A stretch of DNA of 64,000 nt from Eledone cirrhosa (taxonomy: Eukaryota): assembly GCA_964016885.1 (NCBI GenBank), contig OZ024743.1, positions 86,366,001-86,430,000 on the forward strand, in the 5' to 3' direction. The notes below the pieces were generated by a model. It saw nothing but the letters and a program-made list of their open reading frames with translations. It was not told where the DNA came from and did not search any database. Numbering within the stretch: position 1 is the stretch's first letter; each line of letters opens with the position of its first letter. The translations under genes were made by a program, and so were the position numbers. Below, piece after piece: positions 25,671 through 36,158 of this stretch.

Positions 25671-26625
25671 TATATGTGTGTGTGCGTGTGCGTATATATA
25701 TATATATATATATATATATCATGACCTGTTAGCAACTACGAAAGCGGACGGAAACTACCGAAGCCGTTGTTTATGATTTATATAGTAAGCTATGTACCTA
25801 AGACGAAGGCTCTAAATAAAATATAAATACATATACGTTCTTACACATATATGAGTGCATACATACATGCACACGCATAAACATATGTACATATACATAC
25901 ATGTAAATACATATACATTTACACACATACATGAGTGCATACATACATATATAGATATACATACATACGTACACACACATACATATATATATATAGACAC
26001 AGACACACACACATGCATACATACATAAGTACATACATAGATACATACATACACATATGTACATATACACACATACATACATATATACACATGCATACAA
26101 ACCTACATACATACGCACTTACACTCAAACAAACATACACACACTCGCATACATACATACACACACACATACATACACACACACAACATTTTCCTATAGT
26201 GTATATCTTCTCTATATAAAATTCTTCGTCTTTCTGTCTGTCTGTTCCTATGCATTCTCTAACGGCTGAACCAAATCAAATCAAACTTTACAAGGTTAAT
26301 AGTATGAGACCCCAGGAGTGTCAACATGTAATTTTTATTTTCATTTGGATTAAAACAATAGGACGTCACATTTTCTATATGAATATGTATGTATCTGTGA
26401 GTGTGTGTGTGTTTGTGCGTTCATTAGGTGCGTTATTAAATACACACACATCTACACATACATGAATTATACAATGAATATTGTTTACCCTAAGGTGCTT
26501 CAAGATTAACAAATTTTCATTTCTAAATTCTATTATCATTACAATTTTGATATTTAAAAAATAAAATATAGATATTTTGAAATAATTATGAGAAAAAAAA
26601 ACATATCTTCATATTTATTGTTTAA

Positions 26626-27170
26626 CTAGCAGAGGTACCCGGCGTTGCCCGGTATAACTCTCAATGGAGTAGTTGTTCAAATGAACAGAAAGACGTATAG
26701 AAGCAACAATTTATAGGTGTTGGCCCTAAAGAGGGCATTTGAACGTTCACTTTGAAATATCTCTGCGGCGGTGCTGCCAGCAAAGACGAATCCGATGGTA
26801 ACAATTTAAAGTTGGTGGACCTGAAGAGAACCTTGGATCGTTCAATCTTAAAAGTCTCAGCGGCGGTGCTGCCGGCAAAGACGAATAACAATTTATAGTT
26901 GGTGGCCCTGAAGAGGACCTTTTAACGTTCACTTTGAAATATCTCAGCGATGGTAATAATTTAAAGTTGGTGGACCTGAAGAGGGCCTTGGATCGTTCAC
27001 TCTTAAAAGTCTCAGTGGCAGAGTTGTCAGCAAAGACGACTCCGATTAGAGGTGGTGGCCCTCAAGAAGTCCTTCACACCACTTTGGAGTGTCGTATTTG
27101 CTTTGCTTGTTATTTGAGATTGTAACCTAGAAAAGCATGTAACAGTCGGTGGTCACAAAAAGGGCCTTTG
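26626..27170 (-). mobile_element. Helitron 3' terminus with internal tandem repeats, abutting the Tx1 array
   Basis: Minus strand CCGGGCAACGCCGGG hairpin followed by CTAG|T; repeated TTGGTGG.CCTGAAGAG..CGTTCAC units at 26700-27090. Confidence 0.7.
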
Positions 27171-27171
27171 T

Positions 27172-30100
27172 AGGCGGTAGTAAGTGACGGACGCTATTGG
27201 TCCCTCGCAGGACTCTGCCTCTTCGTTCGAGAGACGCGGCAGGCCGTCGAGGTATGGACCGAAATCCACGCCCCCGCCCGGACCCTCGCCTCCCCCGAAC
27301 AATCGGGCAAAGTGCCTTTGAAAGGCCTCGCACATCTGCTTAGGCTCCCGGATCACCCGTCCATCTTCGTCTTGCAACGACCGGATGGTGGATCGATTTC
27401 CACTCTTAGCTTCTGTCACGCGGGCCCATCCAACGGCTTTGGCCCCCTCATTACCTAGAGCACGTATTTTACTTCGAATGACGCAGCCTTCGTGCTTTGC
27501 ATCGAAAAACTGGTTCAAGGCCGTCCTCGATGCCAGCACTCTGGCCACATCTTCGCTCTTGATTGCCTCTTCTAATTTACCTGTTAATTCTTTCTCGTTT
27601 CTATTCCTATCGGCAGCTAACATCTTGCTATAACTTATTGATTCTGTTCTAATCTCTCTTTTGAGAGATGCCCACCATCGGTTGTTGACGATTGCACCCG
27701 TCAACCTCTCCTTAACTAATCTGCTAATCCGGTTTCTGTAAGTCTCTTTTGCCGGTAAAGACAAATTAAGTTTCCAGTAACCGGGACCCTGTCTATGTGT
27801 TTTCTCGAGATTGACCACGCAGGTCACTAATTTGTGATCCGTGTAGCCAACCGTGCGCATTTCTGGACAGCTTAATATGTCCCTATCCTTACTTCTAACT
27901 AAGAATCTATCTAAGTACGATCTAGATTGACCACTGTGGTTTCTCCAAGTCCAGGTAGGCACAGTTGGAAAATCTAGTCGATATCTATCGACCAAGTTAA
28001 AACGGTCGAGTAACCCCTTGAGGCTGTTACACCCCCCCTCTATTAGGACATGCTCCTGCATAGTCCCAACGTGCATCCAGGATGTCATTCCAATCCCCCG
28101 CTAGAAGCAGGGAACGCGACGTTCCCAGAAAAGTCTCCAAACGCTGGAAGAAGTCGGGCCGTTCAGCTCCGAAAGGGGAGTAGACGGCGACCAGTCTCAA
28201 GACCGCACTTTCACTACTGCCAACGTCTAGCACCAACAAACGACCCTCCGGGTCCGAGTGCACAACCTGTACGGCAAGACCCAGGTGTTTTTGCAGCAGT
28301 ACGACAACCCCACCCCCACCTCCAGGTTGACAGAGAGATGCATGCACCTCAAAGTCATCGAAGGTGGGGGCCAGCTGCCGCACGACGCTGATTCGAGTCT
28401 CACAGATAACCATTACATTTATACTACATGATCTGGGGTCATTTAGAAGCTTTGCTTGCTTCCAAGTTGAGCCCAGGCCACGTGCATTCAAACATCCTAC
28501 TCTTAACACATCCATGTGGGCGGCAGAGCCAAAGGAGAGTGTAGAGACCTACCTTTCCGCTTCCCGGGGTTCGGGTTGCACGACTTCCATGGGGTCGGGG
28601 GTGTTGGGTGAAGGGGTGTCTTGTGGTGGTGTGGGGTCGTCAGTGTGTGGTGGGGTTGGGGTGTTTGGAGTTGTGTTGGGGAGGGGAAGGGGAGGGGGAA
28701 AGCTTTTTAGTAGGACGCGGTTTATGGGTTTGACAGAGGGTGGTCCTACGTCCTCCTTAAAATCCTTTTTTAGTTTTTGGTAGAGGTTTATTGGGATCTT
28801 TATTAGTTTTAAATGTGGGTAGTTTTCTGACGAAACAAAGTTTACACCTTCGGTTTGTACCGAAGGATTATTGTTTATGAGCTCATTTAATTTATTATTG
28901 TTTTTGTTGATGTAAGTATAGTGTAATGTCTTTTTTTCCGATGGTGTGAGTGTTTCGAAGAGGGGAGGGGCAGGTTTGGTTTTGTTTGTTGCTGGAGGGG
29001 TGTTTTCTGTTTTGTTGGATTGTGTTGAGATTTGGGTGGGGGTTGTTTGTCCTTGTGTGTTTTGCACATGTTTTCTTTTTTTCCTTTTAATCTGTCTGAA
29101 GGACTCCGTTTCTTCCTCCGAATTCGTTGGGTTATCTTCAGTGTTGGAGGGAAGAGGTATGTTTGCTGGTAATGTTTCCGTGTTGGTTTTCTTTGTGGGG
29201 AGATGGATGTCACTATGTTAGACTGTGTTGTGTGTTGTGGCTGCGGTGGTTGTGTTGTTTTATTGAGTGAGAGGTTGGGTGGGCCTGTATTTTGTTTTGG
29301 GGTAATGTGTTGTGACTGTTTGTGTTGTGGTGGTGTTGTGGTTTTACTGAGGGACGGGTTGGGTGGGACTGAGTTTTGTTGTTTGTTTATCTGTTGTTGT
29401 GGTGGTGGTGGAGCTGGTGTTGGTAGCAGGGTTTTCTTTTTGTTGAGTTGGGGACAAGCGGCCTTCAGGTGCCCTCTGCCTGCACAGATATGGCAGGTTT
29501 ATCTGCACAGATATTCAGGTTTTTTTGTACTGTTGTTGATGGTCCGAAACTTGACCGTTCGGCTTTCAATGTCTTTCGTGAATTCTTGAGGCATTTTTAC
29601 CGATAAAATACCATTCTCTCCTTCACTTATGTATTGTTTGGCGTCCGTGATCCTTCGTACCACATCTGAAATGTTTTCCGCTATATAAGTCAAAGATTTC
29701 TTTGTTTTCTGTGCAAATGAAATCTTGTCGTCTGCTTTGTTTTCTGATATGGTGTTATTTTCAAATGTTATTTTTGTGTTTGTTGTGTCTTTGTTTGTGT
29801 TATTAGTATTGTCATGCAATTTTTCAAATTTTTTTTTTTCGTTGTTGGAATCCAAGTCCAGATTTGTGTTTTCGTCATTTTTTTTTTTTCTCCGCAGATT
29901 CGTCTGTTTTTATTTTAATTTTTCCTTCCTTCTCTATGACGTTAGTTGGGAAGGAAGGGGGGACTAAAGCGTGCGAGCTTACAACTCTTACCGCTGTCCC
30001 CCCACCACTATTTTCGTTCGCTGCGTTTAACATTTCTGTTAGACGATTGAAATTTTTTTCACAAAATTTTTTAAAACAGGTTTTTCACCTCTAGGAGGGG

Positions 30101-30263
30101 TAAAGATGAGCTGACCCACCGCCTGACAGTTCAGACGGAGGGTCAAGCTACACAATTGTATCAAAATTAAGTTTGAACTCACAAAATTTCCTCAATAAAT
30201 TTGAACAAAACTTCTGTGCGAAGTGAATGACATCCACACTGTAGAACAGACGACAGCTAGATT
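27172..30263 (-). mobile_element. Tx1-clade element copy A (family 1): 5' end intact, two internal deletions, 3' end lost
   Basis: Nearly identical to copy B; lacks B 34913-35345 and B 31536-32612; stops after YYRL. Confidence 0.93.
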
Positions 30264-30491
30264 ATTAATAGATAGATTTCTTTATTTACCATAAAGGCAT
30301 AAAAAGAAGGGACAAATACAAAGGGGGAGTTTACATATAATCGAGTAAAAAGGGTGTAACATGAAAATAATCGAAAATAACCTCAAAAGGGAGGGGACGT
30401 GATGGGGGTTGCACACACCCCCGAAAAAGTGTGCAATCCTTTGCCCGGGGAGCACATGGAGAAGGTGCTCCCCTCTCCTTTACTTCTTTAC

Positions 30492-33400
30492 CTACAGGAT
30501 GGTATACAGAGAAGGCCCATTTACACGAGCCATTCTCGCCACTATCACCCACCTTTCATAAAACTGCCTGTGGCCAAGCACCTCTCTCTCCATTCTTATC
30601 CTTCTTCCGAAGTGATATCGGAAGAAGTAGACCAGACTATGGCCAGAGAGGAAGTTGCCTGACCTCAGACCTTTCAATCGTGTCCACCAAACAACCTCTT
30701 TCAACATGGCTATTACGCACAGAAAAACCGCCTTTGCTTCCTTTGTGAAGAGGGGAGGCGGTTTGATTGTCATCACGGACTCGGCGGTCAATTTAATCGG
30801 CGCCACCCGCGACAGCAGTCGTTCGGCGTAGCCCCACAGATCAGCCACGCCCGGACATTGCACCAATGCGTGCGCAACGGTTTCTTCGTGACGCACGCAT
30901 CTAGGGCAAATCTTTTTTGAGGGATCCCTGCCCGGGCGCCCGTGTCTGTAGAGCCTCTCTCGAACGGGTAGAGCCCCCCGGTAGCACTGCCAGGCCAGTG
31001 ACTTCTGGAAGTTGTCCATTGGTCCTGGGCCGAAAGTCCTACCGAACAGGCTGGCCAGTTCGTCTTCTTCCATGTCCAGCGACTCTCCAAGGGTGTCATC
31101 GCCCCTGCTAGCCACCAGCCCTCTATAGAATGATGAGGTGGATTCTCCACCGATGGCCTGGCCCGCTTGCCAGAGAGCCCTGAGCGCCTGAGCACACTCA
31201 GTGTGCCAGTCTCCCAGTTTTCCGGATCTTTGCTTGACCCAGGACTGTAGCTCGGTGAGCGAGACGAGTCTCGGAAAGGCTCGTTTCACGAACGGAGCCC
31301 ATACCGGTTGACCAGTGAGGAATACCTGTAGGTGCCGTAGCCTTAATGCGTGCCTACGCATCATCAACCACGGCACCCCCAGCCCTCCTTTCGAAGGTTG
31401 TTGGCAGCAGATGGATCTTCTCACCATAGGAGGACGCTTCTTCCAAAGAAATTGGAAGAGCATGCGTTCCATGGTGGTGAGTGTTTCCTTAGGGCAAGGC
31501 ACGACAGTCAGGCGGTAGTAAGTGACGGACGCTATGTAAATGTTCGCCACCTCCGCCCGGCCTTTTAGGGACAGCTTACACTTGGCCCATTTCTGGGTTA
31601 GTGCAAACACCTTGTTCGTAACCTCGTTCCAGTTCTTTTCCACCTGGAGGTCCGGTCCAAACCAGACCCCAAGCAACTTTACCGGGCCCTCCGTCCAGTG
31701 TCCGACGACACCGTCAGGAGGCATCGGTCTGCCTCTCCACGTTCCGAGTTGCAGCCCGATGGATTTTTCCCGGTTCAGTTTCGCTCCTGACAACCTTTCG
31801 TACTCCTCCAGTAAGGTACCGATCGCCTCGATCTCCGAGTCGGTTGATACTATTACTGTTACGTCATCGGCGTAGGCCGACACCGCTTTGCTCAATCCTG
31901 GTTCCAGGGGGATACCCTGCAACAACTCCAACTTCCTCAGTAAAGGCTCGAGAGTCAATACGTACAGAAGGGAGGAGAGAGGGCACCCCTGTCGAATGGA
32001 TCGTGTGATTTCGAACGGTTTCGAAAGGTAGCCGTTCACCTTGATCCTAGAACAGATGTGGTTGCTATGTAGGGCAGTGATCCAGCCTCTGAAAACAGGA
32101 CCGAACCCAGCCGCCGCTAGCACCGCATCCAGGTAACCATGGTCGACCCTATCGAAGGCCTTAGACTGATCCAAGTTGATCAGGGCCCCACCGAAGCCGG
32201 GTTTGTTGCCAACCCTCTCTATGATGTATCGCATGAGGTGGAGGTTATCGTGAATGGACCTGGATGGGATAGCACATGTCTGCGCATCTCCCACCAGGCC
32301 ACCCACGACAAGCGCCAACCTCTTTGCTAACACCTTGGCCAAAATCTTTAACTCTGTGTTTAGCAGGGTTATGGGCCGAAAATTATTTATACTATCCCCC
32401 TTGTTCTCGTCCTTCCTCACCAGCGTGACTACGCCCTTGGCTACAGAACAAGGAATTCTCCCGTTTTGCTGCCAATTGCAGTAGACCGCTTCGAGGAGTT
32501 CGGAGAAGAAGACCGGCATTGCTAAATAAAGTTCGTAAGGTATACCATCGAGACCTGGAGATTTGCGTCTGCTGCATTGGCTCAGCGCATCTCCGATCTC
32601 ATCAGCCGAGATTGGTCCCTCGCAGGACTCTGCCTCTTCGTTCGAGAGACGCGGCAGGCCGTCGAGGTATGGACCGAAATCCACGCCCCCGCCCGGACCC
32701 TCGCCTCCCCCGAACAATCGGGCAAAGTGCCTTTGAAAGGCCTCGCACATCTGCTTAGGCTCCCGGATCACCCGTCCATCTTCGTCTTGCAACGACCGGA
32801 TGGTGGATCGATTTCCACTCTTAGCTTCTGTCACGCGGGCCCATCCAACGGCTTTGGCCCCCTCATTACCTAGAGCACGTATTTTACTTCGAATGACGCA
32901 GCCTTCGTGCTTTGCATCGAAAAACTGGTTCAAGGCCGTCCTCGATGCCAGCACTCTGGCCACATCTGCGCTCTTGATTGCCTCTTCTAATTTACCTGTT
33001 AATTCTTTCTTGTTTCTATTCTTATCGGCAGCTAACATCTTGCTATAACTTATTGATTCTGTTCTAATCTCTCTTTTGAGAGATGCCCACCATCGGTTGT
33101 TGACGATTGCACCCGTCAACCTCTCCTTAACTAATCTGCTAATCCGGTTTCTGTAAGTCTCTTTTGCCGGTAAAGACAAATTAAGTTTCCAGTAACCGGG
33201 ACCCTGTCTATGTGTTTTCTCGAGATTGACCACGCAGGTCACTAATTTGTGATCCGTGTAGCCAACCGTGCGCATTTCTGGACAGCTTAATATGTCCCTA
33301 TCCTTACTTCTAACTAAGAATCTATCTAAGTACGATCTAGATTGACCACTGTGGTTTCTCCAAGTCCAGGTAGGCACAGTTGGAAAATCTAGTCGATATC

Positions 33401-33929
33401 TATCGACCAAGTTAAAACGGTCGAGTAACCCCTTGAGGCTGTTACACCCCCCTCTATTAGGACATGCTCCTGCATAGTCCCAACGTGCATCCAGGATGTC
33501 ATTCCAATCCCCCGCTAGAAGCAGGGAACGCGACGTTCCCAGAAAAGTCTCCAAACGCTGGAAGAAGTCGGGCCGTTCAGCTCCGAAAGGGGAGTAGACG
33601 GCGACCAGTCTCAAGGCCGCACTTTCACTACTGCCAACGTCTAGCACCAACAAACGACCCTCCGGGTCCGAGTGCACAACCTGTACGGCAAGACCCAGGT
33701 GTTTTTGCAGCAGTACGACAACCCCACCCCCACCTCCAGGTTGACAGAGAGATGCATGCACCTCAAAGTCATCGAAGGTGGGGGCCAGCTGCCGCACGAC
33801 GCTGATTCGAGTCTCACAGATAACCATTACATTTATACTACATGACCTGAGGTCATTTAGAAGCTTTGCTTGCTTCCAAGTTGAGCCCAGGCCACGTGCA
33901 TTCAAACATCCTACTCTTAACACATCCAT
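30492..33929 (-). CDS. ORF2 (1145 aa): AP endonuclease, reverse transcriptase, C-terminal CCHC domain
   Basis: LNARG, GDWN, YLDR, TDHK, GPGYWKLN, KSPGLDG, FRPITLLN, KAFDRV, RQGCPLS, YADD, CPRC..EETVAHALVQC. Confidence 0.97.
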   Translation of the reverse strand: MDVLRVGCLNARGLGSTWKQAKLLNDLRSCSINVMVICETRISVVRQLAPTFDDFEVHASLCQPGGGGGVVVLLQKHLGLAVQVVHSDPEGRLLVLDVGSSESAALRLVAVYSPFGAERPDFFQRLETFLGTSRSLLLAGDWNDILDARWDYAGACPNRGGCNSLKGLLDRFNLVDRYRLDFPTVPTWTWRNHSGQSRSYLDRFLVRSKDRDILSCPEMRTVGYTDHKLVTCVVNLEKTHRQGPGYWKLNLSLPAKETYRNRISRLVKERLTGAIVNNRWWASLKREIRTESISYSKMLAADKNRNKKELTGKLEEAIKSADVARVLASRTALNQFFDAKHEGCVIRSKIRALGNEGAKAVGWARVTEAKSGNRSTIRSLQDEDGRVIREPKQMCEAFQRHFARLFGGGEGPGGGVDFGPYLDGLPRLSNEEAESCEGPISADEIGDALSQCSRRKSPGLDGIPYELYLAMPVFFSELLEAVYCNWQQNGRIPCSVAKGVVTLVRKDENKGDSINNFRPITLLNTELKILAKVLAKRLALVVGGLVGDAQTCAIPSRSIHDNLHLMRYIIERVGNKPGFGGALINLDQSKAFDRVDHGYLDAVLAAAGFGPVFRGWITALHSNHICSRIKVNGYLSKPFEITRSIRQGCPLSSLLYVLTLEPLLRKLELLQGIPLEPGLSKAVSAYADDVTVIVSTDSEIEAIGTLLEEYERLSGAKLNREKSIGLQLGTWRGRPMPPDGVVGHWTEGPVKLLGVWFGPDLQVEKNWNEVTNKVFALTQKWAKCKLSLKGRAEVANIYIASVTYYRLTVVPCPKETLTTMERMLFQFLWKKRPPMVRRSICCQQPSKGGLGVPWLMMRRHALRLRHLQVFLTGQPVWAPFVKRAFPRLVSLTELQSWVKQRSGKLGDWHTECAQALRALWQAGQAIGGESTSSFYRGLVASRGDDTLGESLDMEEDELASLFGRTFGPGPMDNFQKSLAWQCYRGALPVRERLYRHGRPGRDPSKKICPRCVRHEETVAHALVQCPGVADLWGYAERLLSRVAPIKLTAESVMTIKPPPLFTKEAKAVFLCVIAMLKEVVWWTRLKGLRSGNFLSGHSLVYFFRYHFGRRIRMEREVLGHRQFYERWVIVARMARVNGPSLYTIL

Positions 33930-33962
33930 GTGGGCGGCAGAGCCAAAGGAGAGTGTAGAGAC

Positions 33963-35864
33963 CTACCTTTCCGCTTCCCGGGGTTCGGGTTGCACGACTT
34001 CCATGGGGTCGGGGGTGTTGGGTGAAGGGGTGTCTTGTGGTGGTGTGGGGTCGTCAGTGTGTGGTGGGGTTGGGGTGTTTGGAGTTGTGTTGGGGAGGGG
34101 AAGGGGAGGGGGAAAGCTTTTTAGTAGGACGCGGTTTATGGGTTTGACAGAGGGTGGTCCTACGTCCTCCTTAAAATCCTTTTTTAGTTTTTGGTAGAGG
34201 TTCATTGGGATCTTTATTAGTTTTAAATGTGGGTAGTTTTCTGACGAAACAAAGTTTACACCTTCGGTTTGTACCGAAGGATTATTGTATATGAGTTCAT
34301 TTAATTTATTATTGTTTCTGTTGATGTAAGTATAGTGTAATATCTTTTTTTCCGATGGTGTGAGTGTTTCGAAGAGGGGAGGGGCAGGTTTGCTTTTGTT
34401 TGTTGCTGGAGGGGTGTTTTCTGTTTTGTTGGATTGTGTTGAGATTTGGGTGGGGGTTGTTTGTCCTTGTGTGTTTTGCACATGTTTTCTTTTTTTCCTT
34501 TTAATCTGTCTGAAGGACTCCGTTTCTTCCTCCGAATTCGTTGGGTTATCTTCAGTGTTGAAGGGAAGAGGTATGTTTGCTGGTAATGTTTCCGTGTTGG
34601 TTTTCTTTGTGGGGGAGATGGATGTCACTATGTTAGACTGTGTTGTGTGTTGTGTCTGCGGTGGTTGTGTTGTTTTATTGAGTGAGAGGTTGGGTGGGAC
34701 TGTATTTTGTTTTGGGGTAATGTGTTGTGACTGTTTGTGTTGTGGTGGTGTTGTGGTTTTACTGAGGGACGGGTTGGGTGGGACTGAGTTTTGTTGTTTG
34801 TTTATCTGTTGTGGTGGTGGTGGTGGAGCTGGTGTTGGTAGCAGGGTTTTCTTTTTGTTGAGTTGGGGACAAGCGGCCTTCAGGTGCCCTCTGCCTGCAC
34901 AGATATGGCAGGACGGCCTTCTCCCCTCCACGCTAATGTTTATATACCCGTTGTCCTCTAATAGGATTCTGTCGGGTATTTGGGCGATGCGTTCAGGCTT
35001 CATTTGTACTACCAGCTCTATACCTGTTCCACTGAACGCATTGCCTGTGGTTTTCCCAATGGAAATCACGTTGTCATTCACTGGATCGATGAAGCCAGCT
35101 ATGAGCCAGCAGTAGTCCACATCTGGCATCATTGCATCCAGCCATATGCGTTGAGTTCTTTTCCCCATATAAGATGGATAAAAGGTGAAATTTTTCGAAC
35201 GAATCGGCGACAAAGCACATTTTTTTGCCGCCGATTCGTTCTTCATGATAATTGCTAGGCTTCCATACAGTCTGTCTTTTCTTATGAAAGTGGTTTCATT
35301 AAGTACTTCTGTGAGTACTGTTTTGATATCTGCTTGAGAAGGCTGTTCAGGTTTTTTTGTACTGTTGTTGATGGTCCGAAACTTGACCGTTCGGCTTTCA
35401 ATGTCTTTCGTGAATTCTTGAGGCATTTTTACCGATAAAATACCATTCTCTCCTTCACTTATGTATTGTTTGGCGTCCGTGATCCTTCGTACCACATCTG
35501 AAATGTTTTCCGCTATATAAGTCAAAGATTTCTTTGTTTTCTGTGCAAATGAAATCTTGTCGTCTGCTTTGTTTTCTGATATGGTGTTATTTTCAAATGT
35601 TATTTTTGTGTTTGTTGTGTCTTTGTTTGTGTTATTAGTATTGTCATGCAATTTTTCAAATTTTTTTTTTTCGTTGTTGGAATCCAAGTCCAGATTTGTG
35701 TTTTCGTCATTTTTTTTTTTCTCCGCAGATTCGTCTGTTTTTATTTTAATTTTTCCTTCCTTCTCTATGACGTTAGTTGGGAAGGAAGGGGGGACTAAAG
35801 CATGCGAGCTTACAACTCTTACCGCTGTCCCCCCACCACTATTTTCGTACGCTGCGTTTAACAT
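33963..35864 (-). CDS. ORF1 (633 aa): nucleic-acid-binding protein with zinc knuckle
   Basis: CHICAGRGHLKAAC (CX2CX4HX4C), P/T/Q-rich linker, KRKKRK basic patch; directly upstream of ORF2. Confidence 0.93.
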   Translation of the reverse strand: MLNAAYENSGGGTAVRVVSSHALVPPSFPTNVIEKEGKIKIKTDESAEKKKNDENTNLDLDSNNEKKKFEKLHDNTNNTNKDTTNTKITFENNTISENKADDKISFAQKTKKSLTYIAENISDVVRRITDAKQYISEGENGILSVKMPQEFTKDIESRTVKFRTINNSTKKPEQPSQADIKTVLTEVLNETTFIRKDRLYGSLAIIMKNESAAKKCALSPIRSKNFTFYPSYMGKRTQRIWLDAMMPDVDYCWLIAGFIDPVNDNVISIGKTTGNAFSGTGIELVVQMKPERIAQIPDRILLEDNGYINISVEGRRPSCHICAGRGHLKAACPQLNKKKTLLPTPAPPPPPQQINKQQNSVPPNPSLSKTTTPPQHKQSQHITPKQNTVPPNLSLNKTTQPPQTQHTTQSNIVTSISPTKKTNTETLPANIPLPFNTEDNPTNSEEETESFRQIKRKKRKHVQNTQGQTTPTQISTQSNKTENTPPATNKSKPAPPLFETLTPSEKKILHYTYINRNNNKLNELIYNNPSVQTEGVNFVSSENYPHLKLIKIPMNLYQKLKKDFKEDVGPPSVKPINRVLLKSFPPPLPLPNTTPNTPTPPHTDDPTPPQDTPSPNTPDPMEVVQPEPREAER

Positions 35865-36107
35865 TTCTGTTAGACGATTGAAATTTTTTTCACAAAATTT
35901 TTTAAAACAGGTTTTTCACCTCTAGGAGGGGTAAAGATGAGCTGACCCACCGCCTGACAGTTCAGACGGAGGGTCAAGCTACACAATTGTATCAAAATTA
36001 AGTTTGAACTCACAAAATTTCCTCAATAAATTTGAACAAAACTTCTGTGCGAAGTGAATGACATCCACACTGTAGAACAGACGACAGCTAGATTAGCTAG
36101 ATTATTA

Positions 36108-36157
<50 letters not shown>
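36108..36157. repeat. (GATA)n microsatellite at the B/C junction
   Basis: About 12 TAGA units. Confidence 0.97.

Positions 36158-36158
<1 letters not shown>

Larger units (their letters stand above)
30278..36094 (-). mobile_element. Tx1-clade element copy B (family 1): full length and intact
   Basis: 5' UTR, open ORF1 and ORF2, 3' UTR with AATAAA; 23-bp TSD AGCTAGATTATTAATAGATAGAT at 30255-30277 and 36095-36117. Confidence 0.95.

Noticed and set aside
26700-27090. Repeat-spacer-like pattern (also 24630-25110 and 60410-60755) as CRISPR
   Set aside because: Eukaryotic context, degenerate tandem units without unique spacers, no cas genes.
27172-36094. Copies A and B as an assembly duplication or LTR pair
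   Set aside because: A has private substitutions and deletions, and B has its own TSD.
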